Positions 1-11,100 are shown, counted from the first letter of the stretch. The stretch: DNA of 64,000 nt from Acidobacteriota bacterium (GCA_963666215.2 CAXWPL010000004.1:480001-544000), one strand, 5' to 3'. A program made the numbers and translations. The notes: a model not told the origin generated them from the letters alone.

Positions 1-239
1 GGCGCACCTTCACTCATGGCGCGGGCCGTACAACGGATGATCGCGTCGTCTTCGTCGGGCACCCACCCCAGGCTGACGGCGAGGTCGTCGTCGGGAAAGT
101 CGAATGCGCGAACCGGGCCACCGTGGACGTCTCTGTCGATGCCGGCTTCCCGGAAGGAGCCGTCGGCGACGAGGTTCGACGTGCCGCTCAGCAGCGTCAG
201 CCCGGCGACGGCGAACCCAACCCACGGAAAACGACGCAT
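1..239 (-). CDS. Secreted hypothetical protein, N-terminal part (runs off the window start)
   Basis: Manual translation from the ATG at 239: MRRFPWVGFAVAGLTLLSGTSNLVADG..., a signal-peptide-like start; AGGAGG RBS just upstream; not in the ORF track because it is truncated. Confidence 0.6.
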   Translation of the reverse strand, partial: MRRFPWVGFAVAGLTLLSGTSNLVADGSFREAGIDRDVHGGPVRAFDFPDDDLAVSLGWVPDEDDAIIRCTARAMSEGA

Positions 240-325
240 ATTTCCTCCTGCGGTTGGTGGCGCCAGCAGAAAGACACCAGGCACTATATCTGCGTGGGTC
301 GCGCCAACTCCAGAGATGCCGCGCG

Positions 326-1555
326 CTAGTCGCGAAGCAGCTCGCGCGCGATCACCAGCTGCTGGATCTCACTCGTGCCCTCGTAGATGCGCAGGGCACG
401 GATCTCGCGGTAGAGGCGCTCGACCTCCGAGCCTTTCACGACGCCGGCACCTCCGTGGATTTGCACCGCCTGGTCGATGATGCGCTGCGCCGCCTCGGTG
501 GCGAACAGCTTGGCCTGCGAACCTTCGAGCGTCAGCCGCGGGCGCTGCCCGCTGTCTCGCAGCATGGCCGCGCGATACACCAGCAGACGGGCGGCGGCCA
601 GCTCGGTTGACATGTCGGCCAGCTTCGCCTGTATCGCCTGGAAGGTGGCGATGGGCTTGCCGAATGCCCGCCTCCGCTTGGCGTACGCGAGCGCCTCGTC
701 GAACGCCCGCTGCGCGAAGCCCACGGCACAAGCAGCGACCGTGGTACGGAAGAAGCCGAGGGTCGTCATAGCGATCTTCACACCATCGCCTTCCTCGCCA
801 ATGCGGTTCTCGGCCGCCACGCGGCAATCGCTGAACACCGGCTCGCCAATCGGATGCGGCGCCAGCAGCTCGATACGCTGCCCGGGGTCGAAGCCCGGGG
901 TGCCCTTCTCGACGATGAACGCCGAGATATCGCCGTTGCTGCGATCGCCGGCAGCATCGGTCGTCCGGGCGAAAACCGTGTACATATCGGCATCCGGCGC
1001 CATGCTGATGAGCGTCTTGCGGCCGTTGAGAATGTACGCGTCGCCGTCGCGCCGGGCTTCCAGTTGCAAGGCCGACACGTCCGAGCCGGTCTCGGGCTCG
1101 GTAAGAGCGAACGCCGCCACGGCAACGCCCTCCGCGACCTGCGGGAGATATCTGCGACGCTGGTCGGCGGAGCCGCAGAACGATATCGGCCCTGCCCCGA
1201 GCCCCTGCATGGCGAAGATCAGCTCGGCGTTCGGGCAGCGTCGAGCGAGCGCCTCGCGCACCAGGCAGAACGAGACGAGCGACATGTGCTCGGGTGATTC
1301 GAGAGGTGGCGTGGGGGTGCCGTCGGCGGGCGCAGGGGTGGAAGCGGCGCTGCCGGCGCGGCCGGTCCGCCAGTCGCCGGGTACGGTCCAGTCGAGCAAG
1401 CCGGCATCGGCCAGACAGTCGACGAGCTCCCGGCTCACCCGGTTGGTCTCACCGACGCGGGCTTCTATGGCCGCGAGTGGTCCGTTGGCCAGCTGCTCGA
1501 CCCAAGTCACGAGCTGGCGCTGCTCGTCGCTGATCAGCGAGTGGATGAAGTCCAT
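326..1555 (-). CDS. Acyl-CoA dehydrogenase
   Basis: FALTEPETGSD, LNGRKTLIS, QIHGGAG and IYEGTSEIQ motifs; start placed at MDFIHS. Confidence 0.92.
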   Translation of the reverse strand: MDFIHSLISDEQRQLVTWVEQLANGPLAAIEARVGETNRVSRELVDCLADAGLLDWTVPGDWRTGRAGSAASTPAPADGTPTPPLESPEHMSLVSFCLVREALARRCPNAELIFAMQGLGAGPISFCGSADQRRRYLPQVAEGVAVAAFALTEPETGSDVSALQLEARRDGDAYILNGRKTLISMAPDADMYTVFARTTDAAGDRSNGDISAFIVEKGTPGFDPGQRIELLAPHPIGEPVFSDCRVAAENRIGEEGDGVKIAMTTLGFFRTTVAACAVGFAQRAFDEALAYAKRRRAFGKPIATFQAIQAKLADMSTELAAARLLVYRAAMLRDSGQRPRLTLEGSQAKLFATEAAQRIIDQAVQIHGGAGVVKGSEVERLYREIRALRIYEGTSEIQQLVIARELLRD

Positions 1556-1661
1556 GGCTGCGGCAACATAGCGCTGATCGACGCGGCGGTCGACCAGAGA
1601 GGCGAGATCGAGGCACAAAAAAGAGCTGTCAGCGGGGTTTCAGCCGGCATCGTCGCAGAGA

Positions 1662-1690
1662 AAGGGCCGACGCCTTTCTGCGTCGGCCCT
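1662..1690 (-). terminator. Intrinsic terminator-like hairpin after the csp operon
   Basis: 11-bp stem AGGGCCGACGC/GCGTCGGCCCT followed by a pyrimidine run on the minus strand. Confidence 0.7.
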
Positions 1691-1735
1691 CGGACTTCGC
1701 TTCATCCCGCCGCGCTGGCTTTCGCTGCGCGCTGG

Positions 1736-1978
1736 CTAGGGTGTTGCGATCACCGGTGCTTCTTCTTCCTTCTCTTCCTTCTCTTCCTTTTCTTCTGCCT
1801 CTTCAACCTGCAGGATGCCCAGCCCAACGAGATCCTCGCGGCTTGCCATCTGCGTGCCAACCTTGCCGTGTCTGCGCTCGCGCTTGAGGGCTTGCTTCTC
1901 GGCCTTTCGGCGTTCGCGGGAGCGTTTCTCAGCCTCCCGCTGACGCTTGAGCACCGACATGCGGCGTTTTCTTGCCAT
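1736..1978 (-). CDS. Small protein with basic N-half and acidic C-half, co-transcribed with csp
   Basis: ATG 3 nt after the csp stop; MARKRRMSVLKRQREAEKRSRERRKAEKQALKRERR...EEAEEKEEKEEKEEE; followed by a terminator. Confidence 0.75.
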   Translation of the reverse strand: MARKRRMSVLKRQREAEKRSRERRKAEKQALKRERRHGKVGTQMASREDLVGLGILQVEEAEEKEEKEEKEEEAPVIATP

Positions 1979-1981
1979 GGA

Positions 1982-2182
1982 CTAGGCCGGGCGGACGTTC
2001 GACGCCTGGGGACCCTTGGGGCCCTCCTGGATATCGAACTCCACACGCTGGTTCTCCTGCAACGTGCGGTAGCCGGTCGCGACGATCGCGCTGTGGTGGA
2101 CGAAGACGTCCGGACCACTGTCCTGCGCGATGAAGCCGTAGCCCTTGCTGTCGTTAAACCACTTCACTGTACCTGTGGCCAC
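1982..2182 (-). CDS. cspA: Cold-shock protein (CspA family)
   Basis: [15 protein letters not shown] (RNP1) and DVFVHHSAI (RNP2); GTG start with AAGGAGG RBS; 66 aa. Confidence 0.95.
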   Translation of the reverse strand: MATGTVKWFNDSKGYGFIAQDSGPDVFVHHSAIVATGYRTLQENQRVEFDIQEGPKGPQASNVRPA

Positions 2183-2490
2183 GTTCCCCTCCTTGAGAGC
2201 GATGATGTGTTGTTTGACGGAGGCGATCGCCGACCACCGGCGCTTGACTGCCCCAACCCAGCAATCAGGTGAGGATGTTGCCACTGCGTCAATCACAACA
2301 ACTTCATTGAACGGTAAGAGCGTATCAGGCGAAGTGCCCCCACTTGTGCACCTGTTCCTGGTAGAGGGTGACGCAGGCGGGTCCTGTGGGCGTCTTCGCA
2401 GGGGTCGCCGGGTCGCCGCCACGCTCGAATTCGGGCATGCCGAAAACGGGCGCAAAGACACCCGATATACGTCGAGTATCATCTGGCCCC

Positions 2491-2832
2491 ATGACCTGTT
2501 CCGAGCGACGTGTCGACGACGTGGTGATCCTCGCGCTGCGCGGACGCTTCGTGCTGGGTGCCGGCTTCCGCTTGCGCCCGCGCGTGGTGGAGCTGCTGGA
2601 CAAGGGTGAGCGGCAGATTGCCCTGGACATGGCCGGCGTGACGTACATGGACAGCACCAGCGTGGGCGATGTGGTCATGAGCTGGAAGGAGGCCACCGAC
2701 ACCGACGCAATCCTCAGGCTCTTCGGGCTCGGAGAGCGGCTCGCCCAACTGTTTTCGTTCCATCACCTCAACGAGATCCTCGAGCCCTTCGTCGACGAGG
2801 CAGCCGCGATCGCGAGCTTCGAAGCGAGCTGA
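2491..2832 (+). CDS. STAS-domain anti-sigma factor antagonist
   Basis: [10 protein letters not shown] and [17 protein letters not shown] with the conserved phosphoacceptor Ser; ends [11 protein letters not shown]. Confidence 0.85.
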   Translation: MTCSERRVDDVVILALRGRFVLGAGFRLRPRVVELLDKGERQIALDMAGVTYMDSTSVGDVVMSWKEATDTDAILRLFGLGERLAQLFSFHHLNEILEPFVDEAAAIASFEAS

Positions 2833-5800
2833 TGGGCGGAGCACCAGGTTCGTCCATTCGCCGCGCAGCATTCACAACTACGGCGCTCGTGGCGCTTCTT
2901 TCCTGGGATCCGACGAGCGGATCCGCGATTGCGCAATCGGGCGCCGGTCGCCACACGCCATCGAGCGACGAGCTGTCGGGACTCGGCCTGCGCTCAATCG
3001 GCCCGGCCGTGATGGGAGGCCGCATCGACGACATCGCGGTGGTCGAGGAGCGTCCGTGGATCTTCTACGTGGGCACCGCCTCGGGTGGCCTGTGGAAGAC
3101 GTCGAACGCCGGTATCACGTGGCAAGCGCTGTTCGACGATGAGCCCACGGCACCAAATTTCTCGATCGGTGATGTCACGCTCGCCCCCTCCGACCCCGAG
3201 GTGGTTTGGGTGGGTACGGGCGAGCCGAACAACCGGCAGAGCTCGAGCTTCGGAAACGGCGTATACCGCTCGATCGACGGCGGCCAGTCGTGGCAGCACC
3301 TCGGGCTGGCCGACACGCATCACATCGGCCGCATCGTCGTGCACCCGCTCGACCCCAACACGGCTTGGGTCGCCGCGCTCGGCCATCTCTGGGGTCCCAA
3401 CGAGGAGCGCGGCGTGTTCCGCACCCGCGACGGAGGGCGGAGCTGGGAGAAAGTGCTGTACGTGGATGCCGACACCGGCGTCGTCGATATCGCCATCGAC
3501 CCGGCAAACTCGAGCATCCTCTACGCGGGCGCCTACCAGCGTCGCCGCACTCCCTGGGGCTTCAGCGGGGGCGGGGAAGCGGACTCTTCAAGAGCGTCGA
3601 CGGCGGTGATAGCTGGCTGCGCCTCACCGACGAGGCTCTCGATAATGGACTGCCCGCAGGCGCGATCGGCAGAATCGGCCTCGACGTAGCGCGCTCCGAC
3701 CCGAAAGTTGTCTTCGCGACCATCGAGCACCGCGACCTGGCCGGTGTGTACCGGTCGGACGACCGCGGCGAGAGTTGGGCGAGGGTCAACGAGCGGAACC
3801 CGCGACCGATGTACTACAGCAAGATCCGCGTCGACCCGACCGACACGCGTCGCGTTTATATGCTCGGGGGGCCGTTCTACGTGTCGGACGACAGTGGCGC
3901 GACCTTCGCGCCCAACACCGACATGACGCCGTCGTACGACGTGGGCGTGCACGGCGACCACCACGCGCTGTGGATCGACCCGGCCAACTCGCAGCACCTG
4001 ATTCTGGATTCTGGGTGGCGACGGCGGCCTGTACGTCTCCTGGGACGCCTCGCGCACGTGGGACAAGATCGACAACCTGCCGATCGCGCAGTTCTACGAT
4101 GTCGGCGTCGACATGCAAACGCCCTACTGGGTATACGGCGGAGCTCAAGACACCCACTCCTGGGCCGGCCCCAGCGCAACACCGAAGCGCATCGGCATCG
4201 TCAACGGCGACTGGGTGCAGACGAACTTCGGCGACGGCATGGTGCAGGCGCCCGATCCGAACGACCCCGGAACGTTCTACAACGAGTCGCAGGGGGGCAA
4301 CATCTCGCGGGTTGACCTGGTTACCGGCGATCGCCGAGCCATTCGGCCTGTACCGCCGAACCCGCCGGCTGCTCCTGACGGAGCTGAAGCGGGAGACGAG
4401 GCCGAGGCTCTTTCAACCGACCTGTACCGTTTCAATTGGATGTCGCCCATCGTCATCTCGCCGCACGATTCTGCGCGGGTCTACCTCGGCGGCAACCGTC
4501 TGTTCATCTCCGACGAACGCGGCGAGAGCTGGACGCCCACGCGCGACCTGACGCGCGGTGAGGACCGGTCGGAGCTCGAGATCATGGGCACCGTGCCCGA
4601 CGAGAACACACTGTCGCGAAACGATGGGACTTCGCAGTGGGGCACGATCACCACGATCTCCGAGTCGACGCGCGAGCCGGGCGTGATCTGGGCCGGAACC
4701 GACGACGGCCTGGTACAGCTGTCGCGCGACGGTGGCGACACGTGGACGCGAATCGGCACCGGTAACGTGGCGGGCGGCGACACGACAACCTTCGCGGGCC
4801 TCGATCCGTTCCGCACGCTCGTCACCCGGGTCGTGGCCTCACACCACGCCACCGGTCGCGCCTACGTCACGTTCGACCGCCATCGGCTCGACGACTTCGC
4901 ACCGTACGTCTTCGTTACCGAAGACTTCGGCGCTTCCTGGCGGCCGCTGTCGACGGGGTTCCCGTCCGACGAGGTCATCGGATGGGTGAACGCTTTCGCG
5001 GAGCACCCGAAAAGCCCGAACCTGCTGCGCGCCGGCACCGAGACAGGCCTGTTCGTGTCTACAGATCGCGGCACGAGCTGGTCACGAATGCGGGGAGCTA
5101 GCCACGCGGAGGGCGCCGTTTCCAACCCGGTGGGCGAATCGTTTCCGGTGGTGCCCGTCGACGATCTGGTCATTCACCCGCGCGACAATGACCTTGTGGT
5201 CGGCACACACGGGCGCTCGATCTGGATCCTCGACGACCTCGCACCGTTGGTGGAGCTCGCGAACGCCTCGTCGGTGCGCGCCGCCCAACTCTTCGCGCCG
5301 CGGCCGGCAACGCAGTACCTGCCCTGGAAGCACGAGAGCTACGGCGGCCAGCGACAGTACGTAGGCGCCAATCCGCCGTACGGAGCGTCGATCACCTATT
5401 GGCTCGAGCCACCAGCGGCGGCCGAGCTGGACGATGGCGCAGCGACCACGCTGACGATTGTCGACTCGTCCGGGGCCGAAGTACGGAATCTGCTGGGCAG
5501 CGCGAATGGCGGCATGAATCGGGTTGTTTGGGACCTGCGAGCCGCGGCGCCCGAGTCTCTGGAAAACGCACGCGGGCCGCTGGTGCCGCCGGACAGCTAC
5601 ACGGTGCGATTCGAGCGCGAAGGCACGACGCTCGAAGTCGCTCTCGAGGTTCGCGTGGACGATCGCGTGCGTGACCTGACTGTCGACGATCACCGCGCGC
5701 GCTACGAATTCCTTTCCGACGTTCTGGAGCGACGCGCGACGATTGCCGAGGCGATCGATCGACTGCGGTCCCTCGAGGATCAGATCGAAGTCTTTCGCGA

Positions 5801-6188
5801 GGGACGCGAGGCTGGAGAAGCCTCCGAGGACGAAGCCGACGAGCTGCCAGAGTCAATCACCACGGCCATCGACGTGGTGGCGGAGGAGATCGTCGCTATC
5901 CGTCAGGGACTGCGCGGGCCAGCTGGTTTCAATCCGACGAATCGCGCACCGCAACGGCTGCTCGGCCGGCTATGGGGTGATCTCGACGGCGACGCGGTTC
6001 GCCAGGCAACGTTCTCGCCGCCCACCCAAGACCAGCGGCGCCTGCTGGCGACCGCCGAACGTCTGCTCGACGAGCAGCTCGACGCCTTCAACTCCCTGGT
6101 GGCCGATCGCATCCCGACACTCAATCGGCAGATCGGCGAAGCGGGCCTCGCGTGGCTGCGCCCCGGCCAGCCGCTGGCCCGCGAATAG
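2832..6188 (+). pseudogene. VPS10/sortilin-like BNR-repeat beta-propeller protein, two frameshifts
   Basis: LRSIGPAVMGGRI, repeated S-x-D-x-G-x-(S/T)-W boxes, HPRDNDLVVGTHGRS; split over three frames at a G-run near 3575 and a duplicated ATTCTGG at 4001-4014; paralog of 58344-61625. Confidence 0.85.
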
Positions 6189-6297
6189 GCGGGCAAGCTG
6201 AATCGAGATGGCCAGCGCCGGGACAACCGGGAAGCCGAGCAACCGCGCGGACACTGCGAGTGTCGTGATCCCACCTACTGAAGCGTAGGAGTGGCGA

Positions 6298-7188
6298 ATG
6301 CGTTTCCGTCGATGCCGTCAAGATGATCCGGGGAGCCGCACGCCTCGACGCGAGGCTCGTCGGTTCGCCCGGTTCGGCCGGTTCGCCCCGTTCGCTCGAT
6401 TCCTTGGCAGCCTGATTCTGGCCACCTTGGCCACCTTAGTCACGGAGGACCTGGCATCAGCCCGGCAAGAGCCTGCGGCGACCGATCGTGGCCGCTCGCT
6501 CTTCTTGGCACAGTGCGCTCGCTGCCACGGCGCCCAGGGCGCGGGTGGCGAAGGGCCGCGGCTGGCGACGCCCCGACTGCAGCAGGCGGCGAGCGAGGAC
6601 GAAGTTCTCGCGATCATCGTGCAGGGGATTCCAGGCTCGCCCATGGAAGCCACCTGGCAGATCTCCAGCGACGAAGCCCGCCTGGTCGCTAGCTACGTCT
6701 GGTCAATGGGCCGCGCATCTGTCGTTGCCGATCTGCCGGGTGACCCGGGCCGCGGCGAGATCATCTATGGGAGAGCACCGTGCATAGGCTGCCACCTAAT
6801 CGACGGCGTAGGTGGGACGTTGGGGCCAGCACTTACCGACATCGGCAGCGTCAGGGGCCTCGATCACTTGCGCGAGTCGATCGTTGACCCGGGCGCTTCG
6901 CTGCCGGAGCCGCCGAGTCGGTACTACGAGTCGCTCGGTTCTCCCTACCTGCCGGTGCGTGTGCGCACCCACGCGGGCGAGATGATCTACGGCATGCGGG
7001 TCAACGAGGACACCTTCAGCATCCAGATTCGGGGCGCCGAGGACGCCTATTACTCGATCCGCAAGGACGACATTGCCAGCCTCGAAAAGCTCTTCGGCAC
7101 GAGCCTGATGCCGAGCTACCCGCGGCTGACCGACCAGGAGCTCGACGACCTGGTTTCGTATCTGGCAACGCTGCGAGGCAAACAATGA
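6298..7188 (+). CDS. Diheme c-type cytochrome with putative heme-binding C-terminal domain
   Basis: Two CxxCH motifs (CARCH, CIGCH), GPALTDIG, LRESIVDP, SLMP; overlaps the quinoprotein start (ATGA); start uncertain. Confidence 0.85.
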   Translation: MRFRRCRQDDPGSRTPRREARRFARFGRFAPFARFLGSLILATLATLVTEDLASARQEPAATDRGRSLFLAQCARCHGAQGAGGEGPRLATPRLQQAASEDEVLAIIVQGIPGSPMEATWQISSDEARLVASYVWSMGRASVVADLPGDPGRGEIIYGRAPCIGCHLIDGVGGTLGPALTDIGSVRGLDHLRESIVDPGASLPEPPSRYYESLGSPYLPVRVRTHAGEMIYGMRVNEDTFSIQIRGAEDAYYSIRKDDIASLEKLFGTSLMPSYPRLTDQELDDLVSYLATLRGKQ

Positions 7189-8851
7189 CCGGGTCGCGCC
7201 CGAATCTCCTCTTGCTTGCCCCGGCGCTGCTGCTTCTGTTGGCCGCCGGCGGCACTCCGCAACAGCCCGGGCAATCAGGGCAGCCGAATCGGTCAGATCA
7301 GTTGAGTCAGTCAGATCAAGGAGTACCGATCCCTATCCGGCTGCCCTATTCACGACTCCTCGGGGCGGCGAGCGAGCCACACAACTGGCTGAGCTACTCG
7401 GGCGGGTACAACTCTCAACGTTATTCGACGCTCGACCATGTCAACACGAGCAACGTCGATGAGCTGCGGCCGGTTTGGCTGTACCAGACGCGCCGCTTGA
7501 ACCCGTTCGAGACTTCACCGCTCGTGGTCGACGGCATCATGTACATCTCTGAGCCGCCGACCGCCGTATCGGCCATCGACGCGCGCACCGGGCGCAGGCT
7601 GTGGCATTGGCGCGCTCGTCTGCCGGAGAACGTGCGCAACATCGGTTTCCCGCAGGTCAATCGCGGCGTTGCGCTGCTCGAAGACACGGTCTTCGTCGGC
7701 ACCTTGGACGCACGCCTGGTGGCCCTTGATGCACGGTCGGGAGCCGTGCGCTGGCAGGTCGATGTTGCCGACAACGCCACCGGGCATTCGATCACGATGG
7801 CTCCGCTGGCGCTCGATGGAAAGGTTATCGTCGGTATCAGCGGTGGCGAGGCCGGCATCCGCGGCTTCGTTGACGCCTACGACGCCGGCACCGGCGAGCG
7901 GCTGTGGCGATTCTGGACGATCCCCGATGCTGGCGAGCCCGGAGTCGAGACCTAGGGGGGCGAGTCGTACAAGACGGGCGCCGGCGCCACCTGGCTAACG
8001 GGTTCGTACGATCCGGAGCTCAACCTGCTGTACTGGGGAATCGGCAACCCTGGGCCCGACTGGAACGGCGACGTGCGCCCGGGCGACAACCTCTACACGG
8101 CGTCGCTCGTCGCCGTCGACGCCGACACCGGCGAGCTGCGCTGGTATTTCCAGTTCACCCCCCACGACACTCACGACTGGGACGCCAACCAGATCCCCGT
8201 CCTCATCGATACCGAGTTCGGCGGGCAATCGCGCAAGCTAGTGGCGATGGCCAACCGCAACGCGTTCTTCTACATCCTCGACCGAGCCACCGGGGAGTTC
8301 CTACGCGGCACGCCGTATGCCAAGCAGACCTGGGCCGACGGGCTCGACGAGAGCGGACGGCCCATCCTCATCCCCGGCAAAGAACCCACGGAAGAGGGCA
8401 ACCTGGTCTGGCCGAGCCTGCAGGGAGCAACGAACTGGTTCAGTCCCGCGTTCAGCCCCGACACCGATCTGTTCTATGTCCCTACTCGCGAGATGGCGGC
8501 GATCTACTTCAAGGCCGAGGCCGAGTACGAGCCTGGCGCACCGTTCATGGGAGGTGGTGAGCAGGCGCTCGGCGGGGATCAGGCCCGTGGCTACGTCCGC
8601 GCGCTCGAGCTGCACACCGGGGAGTTGCGCTGGGAATTCGAGCTTCAGTCTCCGCCGTGGGCCGGCGTGCTGGCGACCGCGGGAGGTTTGGTGTTCGGAG
8701 GCTCGAACGAGGGCAACTTCTTCGCCCTCGACGCGATGAGCGGCGACGCACTGTGGGAATTTCAGACCGGCGGCCCAATCACTACGCCATCGACGGCCGC
8801 CAGTACATCGCCGTCGCCTCTGGCAGCGCGCTGCAGGTTTTCGGACGCTAG
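7185..8851 (+). pseudogene. PQQ-dependent dehydrogenase-like quinoprotein, in-frame amber stop plus C-terminal frameshift
   Basis: NWLSYSGGYNSQRYS, ETSPLVVDG, GISGGEAGIRG, GNPGPDWNGDVRPGDNLY, HDWDA; TAG at 7953-7955 in ET*GG; tail YAIDGRQYIAVASG is in another frame after about 8780. Confidence 0.85.
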
Positions 8852-9038
8852 TGTCCCGCGCGACAACTTGCCACGCGCATCCCACCATCCGAGCGCGTCG
8901 TGATCGACCTCGCTGGGCACTGCCCGCTCATCGAGGCGCCCGAGTAGTTCACGGAAGTGGTGCCGCGCTTTCTCGGGCCCGGGCCAAGGCCGCGCGGTGC
9001 GGACTCTCTGTCGTTCAGAAGGGTTCTTTGAAGAGCTT

Positions 9039-10118
9039 CTACAGCCGGTTGTGCGGGCGTAAAGAGAGCGAAAGCGAACCGTTCTCGGCGTTGCGATCGA
9101 GGATCAGGACGTTGCCGTTTCCGTAGTTGTCGACCTGAAGGACGTTGCCCATCGGCAATGGCACGTAGTCCACACCGGCCGTGACGTCGCCGACCGGCTC
9201 GGTGATGCCGGCCCGTCCGTAGGCTCCCTCGAGATCGGCCAGCGCGATCTTCATGGTGCCGCGACGGCTGTTGGTGAGCAGCACGAACTGTGCGCCTTCC
9301 TGTTCGAAGCTCAGCATGTCGATCGGGATGTTGCCGAACCCGAGCTCGGCGATCGTCTTGCCGCGGATCTCGCTGCCCGACTCGAGCTGCTCCACCGAGA
9401 ACGCCACCAGCGGGGTGCAGAGATAGCCGGCGAGAACGTGAGGCTTGCCGGAGAGCTCGATCGGCATGAACGTGTAGATCGGCGCGTGCGTTTCGAACTG
9501 TCCGTGCGCGCCGTGGTAGATCTCCAAGCCCGTCGTCGACGTCCCGGCGCCGAACGGATACGAGGCGCGACGCAGCGACGAGGCGAACTCCTCGTTCGAC
9601 AGCCCGGCGATGTAGAGCTGGTCGCCGATCAACTCCATGTCGGTTACGGCGAGACCACGAGGATCGCGGCGCGACCCTGGGTCGGACGCTGGTGCGTCGG
9701 CCAGATCCAACTTGGTGTAGCTGAGGCCGTCGAAGGCCACGTGATGAAACTCGCCGTCTGGGCTGATCTTGATGAGCGCTGGGGCGGCGTCGGCGCCACC
9801 TCCCCGCATCACCGACAGGTAGACGGCGCCCGAACCGACGGCCATGTCTTTGACGAAGATGTCGCGAACGTCAACGCCGAGCATCGCGGCGATCTTGCTG
9901 TCGACGCCGTCTACACGCTGGAACTCCGTCGCGCTCGTTTCGGCCTGGCCAACGTGCAGCGCGTACACCGCAGCGGCGCGCGAGTCGCCGGCGAACAGAA
10001 CACCGTCGGCGCCGAACTCCAGCGCCCCAATCGATTCGATCGGCGGACCCACGAGCAAGGTCGCGCCTGAGGCTTTCTCATCGGCGCCAACCGCCGTTCC
10101 CGCCACGAGCGCGGCCAC
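9039..10118 (-). CDS. Secreted conserved hypothetical protein
   Basis: Long ORF with a signal-like N-terminus and well-formed motifs (LYIAGLSNEEF, EIYHGAHG, YLCTPLV, KTIAELGFGN); the true start is probably about 50 nt upstream but no start codon is there. Confidence 0.75.
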   Translation of the reverse strand: MAALVAGTAVGADEKASGATLLVGPPIESIGALEFGADGVLFAGDSRAAAVYALHVGQAETSATEFQRVDGVDSKIAAMLGVDVRDIFVKDMAVGSGAVYLSVMRGGGADAAPALIKISPDGEFHHVAFDGLSYTKLDLADAPASDPGSRRDPRGLAVTDMELIGDQLYIAGLSNEEFASSLRRASYPFGAGTSTTGLEIYHGAHGQFETHAPIYTFMPIELSGKPHVLAGYLCTPLVAFSVEQLESGSEIRGKTIAELGFGNIPIDMLSFEQEGAQFVLLTNSRRGTMKIALADLEGAYGRAGITEPVGDVTAGVDYVPLPMGNVLQVDNYGNGNVLILDRNAENGSLSLSLRPHNRL

Positions 10119-10380
10119 GGCCGCAAGAGTCAGGGCCAGTCCACAAGCAACTGTCTTCTTGTTAAAGAGATCCTCCGTCGTCCACGAGATGGGGATTCGC
10201 TAGATCGGCGTCGCAAGAAATCATTCCGCGAAAACGTCCGCCAGTGGCGGCGATTGTATCGGGAGTGTGCCGCTATGTCGCGGTGGTAGGCGCAAGCATC
10301 GCGGGCACGCTCACGATTCGCGTGGCAGCGTATGATCTCCAAACCCGTTCACTAGAGCTCTGCAACCCAAGGCTGTACGC

Positions 10381-11100
10381 GTGAAAGCGATCACCATCGT
10401 AAAGACCGGCGCCGCCCACCCTCAGGTTATCGCCCAGCATGGAGACTTCGAGGACTGGATTCGACAGGGCCTGGGAATCTCTGTGCAACAGACGGCCATC
10501 GCCGACGTGCGTTACGGTGCGCCGCTGCCGGACGAGCCTCAGGCGATCGTGGTGACTGGCTCTCGCACCTTGGTGACCGACCCCACCGATTGGAGCGAGG
10601 GCACGGCGCGCTGGCTTCGTCGACAGCACGAGAAGAACGTCCCGATCCTGGCGATCTGCTATGGCCACCAGCTGCTGGCGCAGGCGTTGGGGGGAACGGT
10701 CGAAGACAACCCCAACGGCTTGGAGTTCGGCACAGTGCAGATCACAGCCACCGCCGCGGCGGCCGACGACGAGCTGCTGGGCTGCCTTCCACAAAGCTAC
10801 GCGGCGCAAACCACACATTCTCAGAGCGTGATCGAGGTCCCGAAGGGCGCGGCCGTCCTCGCCGGCAACGCCCACGATTCGCATCAGGCTTTCCGCGCCG
10901 GCGTGCGCTCGTGGGGAGTGCAGTTTCACCCCGAGTTCAGCGTGCCGATCATGCAGACCTATCTCGACCGCAACGAGGAAGATCTCAAGGCGCAAGATCG
11001 CGATGTGGACGCCCTGCGTGCCGCGATCTGCGCGTCGCCAGCAGGCAACCTGTTGGGTCGTTTCGCCGAGATCGCCGGCCTGGTGGTCATAGAAGACTAG
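10381..11100 (+). CDS. Class I glutamine amidotransferase-like protein
   Basis: ICYGHQ nucleophile elbow and QFHPE catalytic His-Glu. Confidence 0.9.
   Translation: MKAITIVKTGAAHPQVIAQHGDFEDWIRQGLGISVQQTAIADVRYGAPLPDEPQAIVVTGSRTLVTDPTDWSEGTARWLRRQHEKNVPILAICYGHQLLAQALGGTVEDNPNGLEFGTVQITATAAAADDELLGCLPQSYAAQTTHSQSVIEVPKGAAVLAGNAHDSHQAFRAGVRSWGVQFHPEFSVPIMQTYLDRNEEDLKAQDRDVDALRAAICASPAGNLLGRFAEIAGLVVIED

Noticed and set aside
2183-2482. 166-aa extended Csp ORF
   Set aside because: A strong RBS and GTG at 2182 give a canonical 66-aa protein; the extension is leader or promoter sequence
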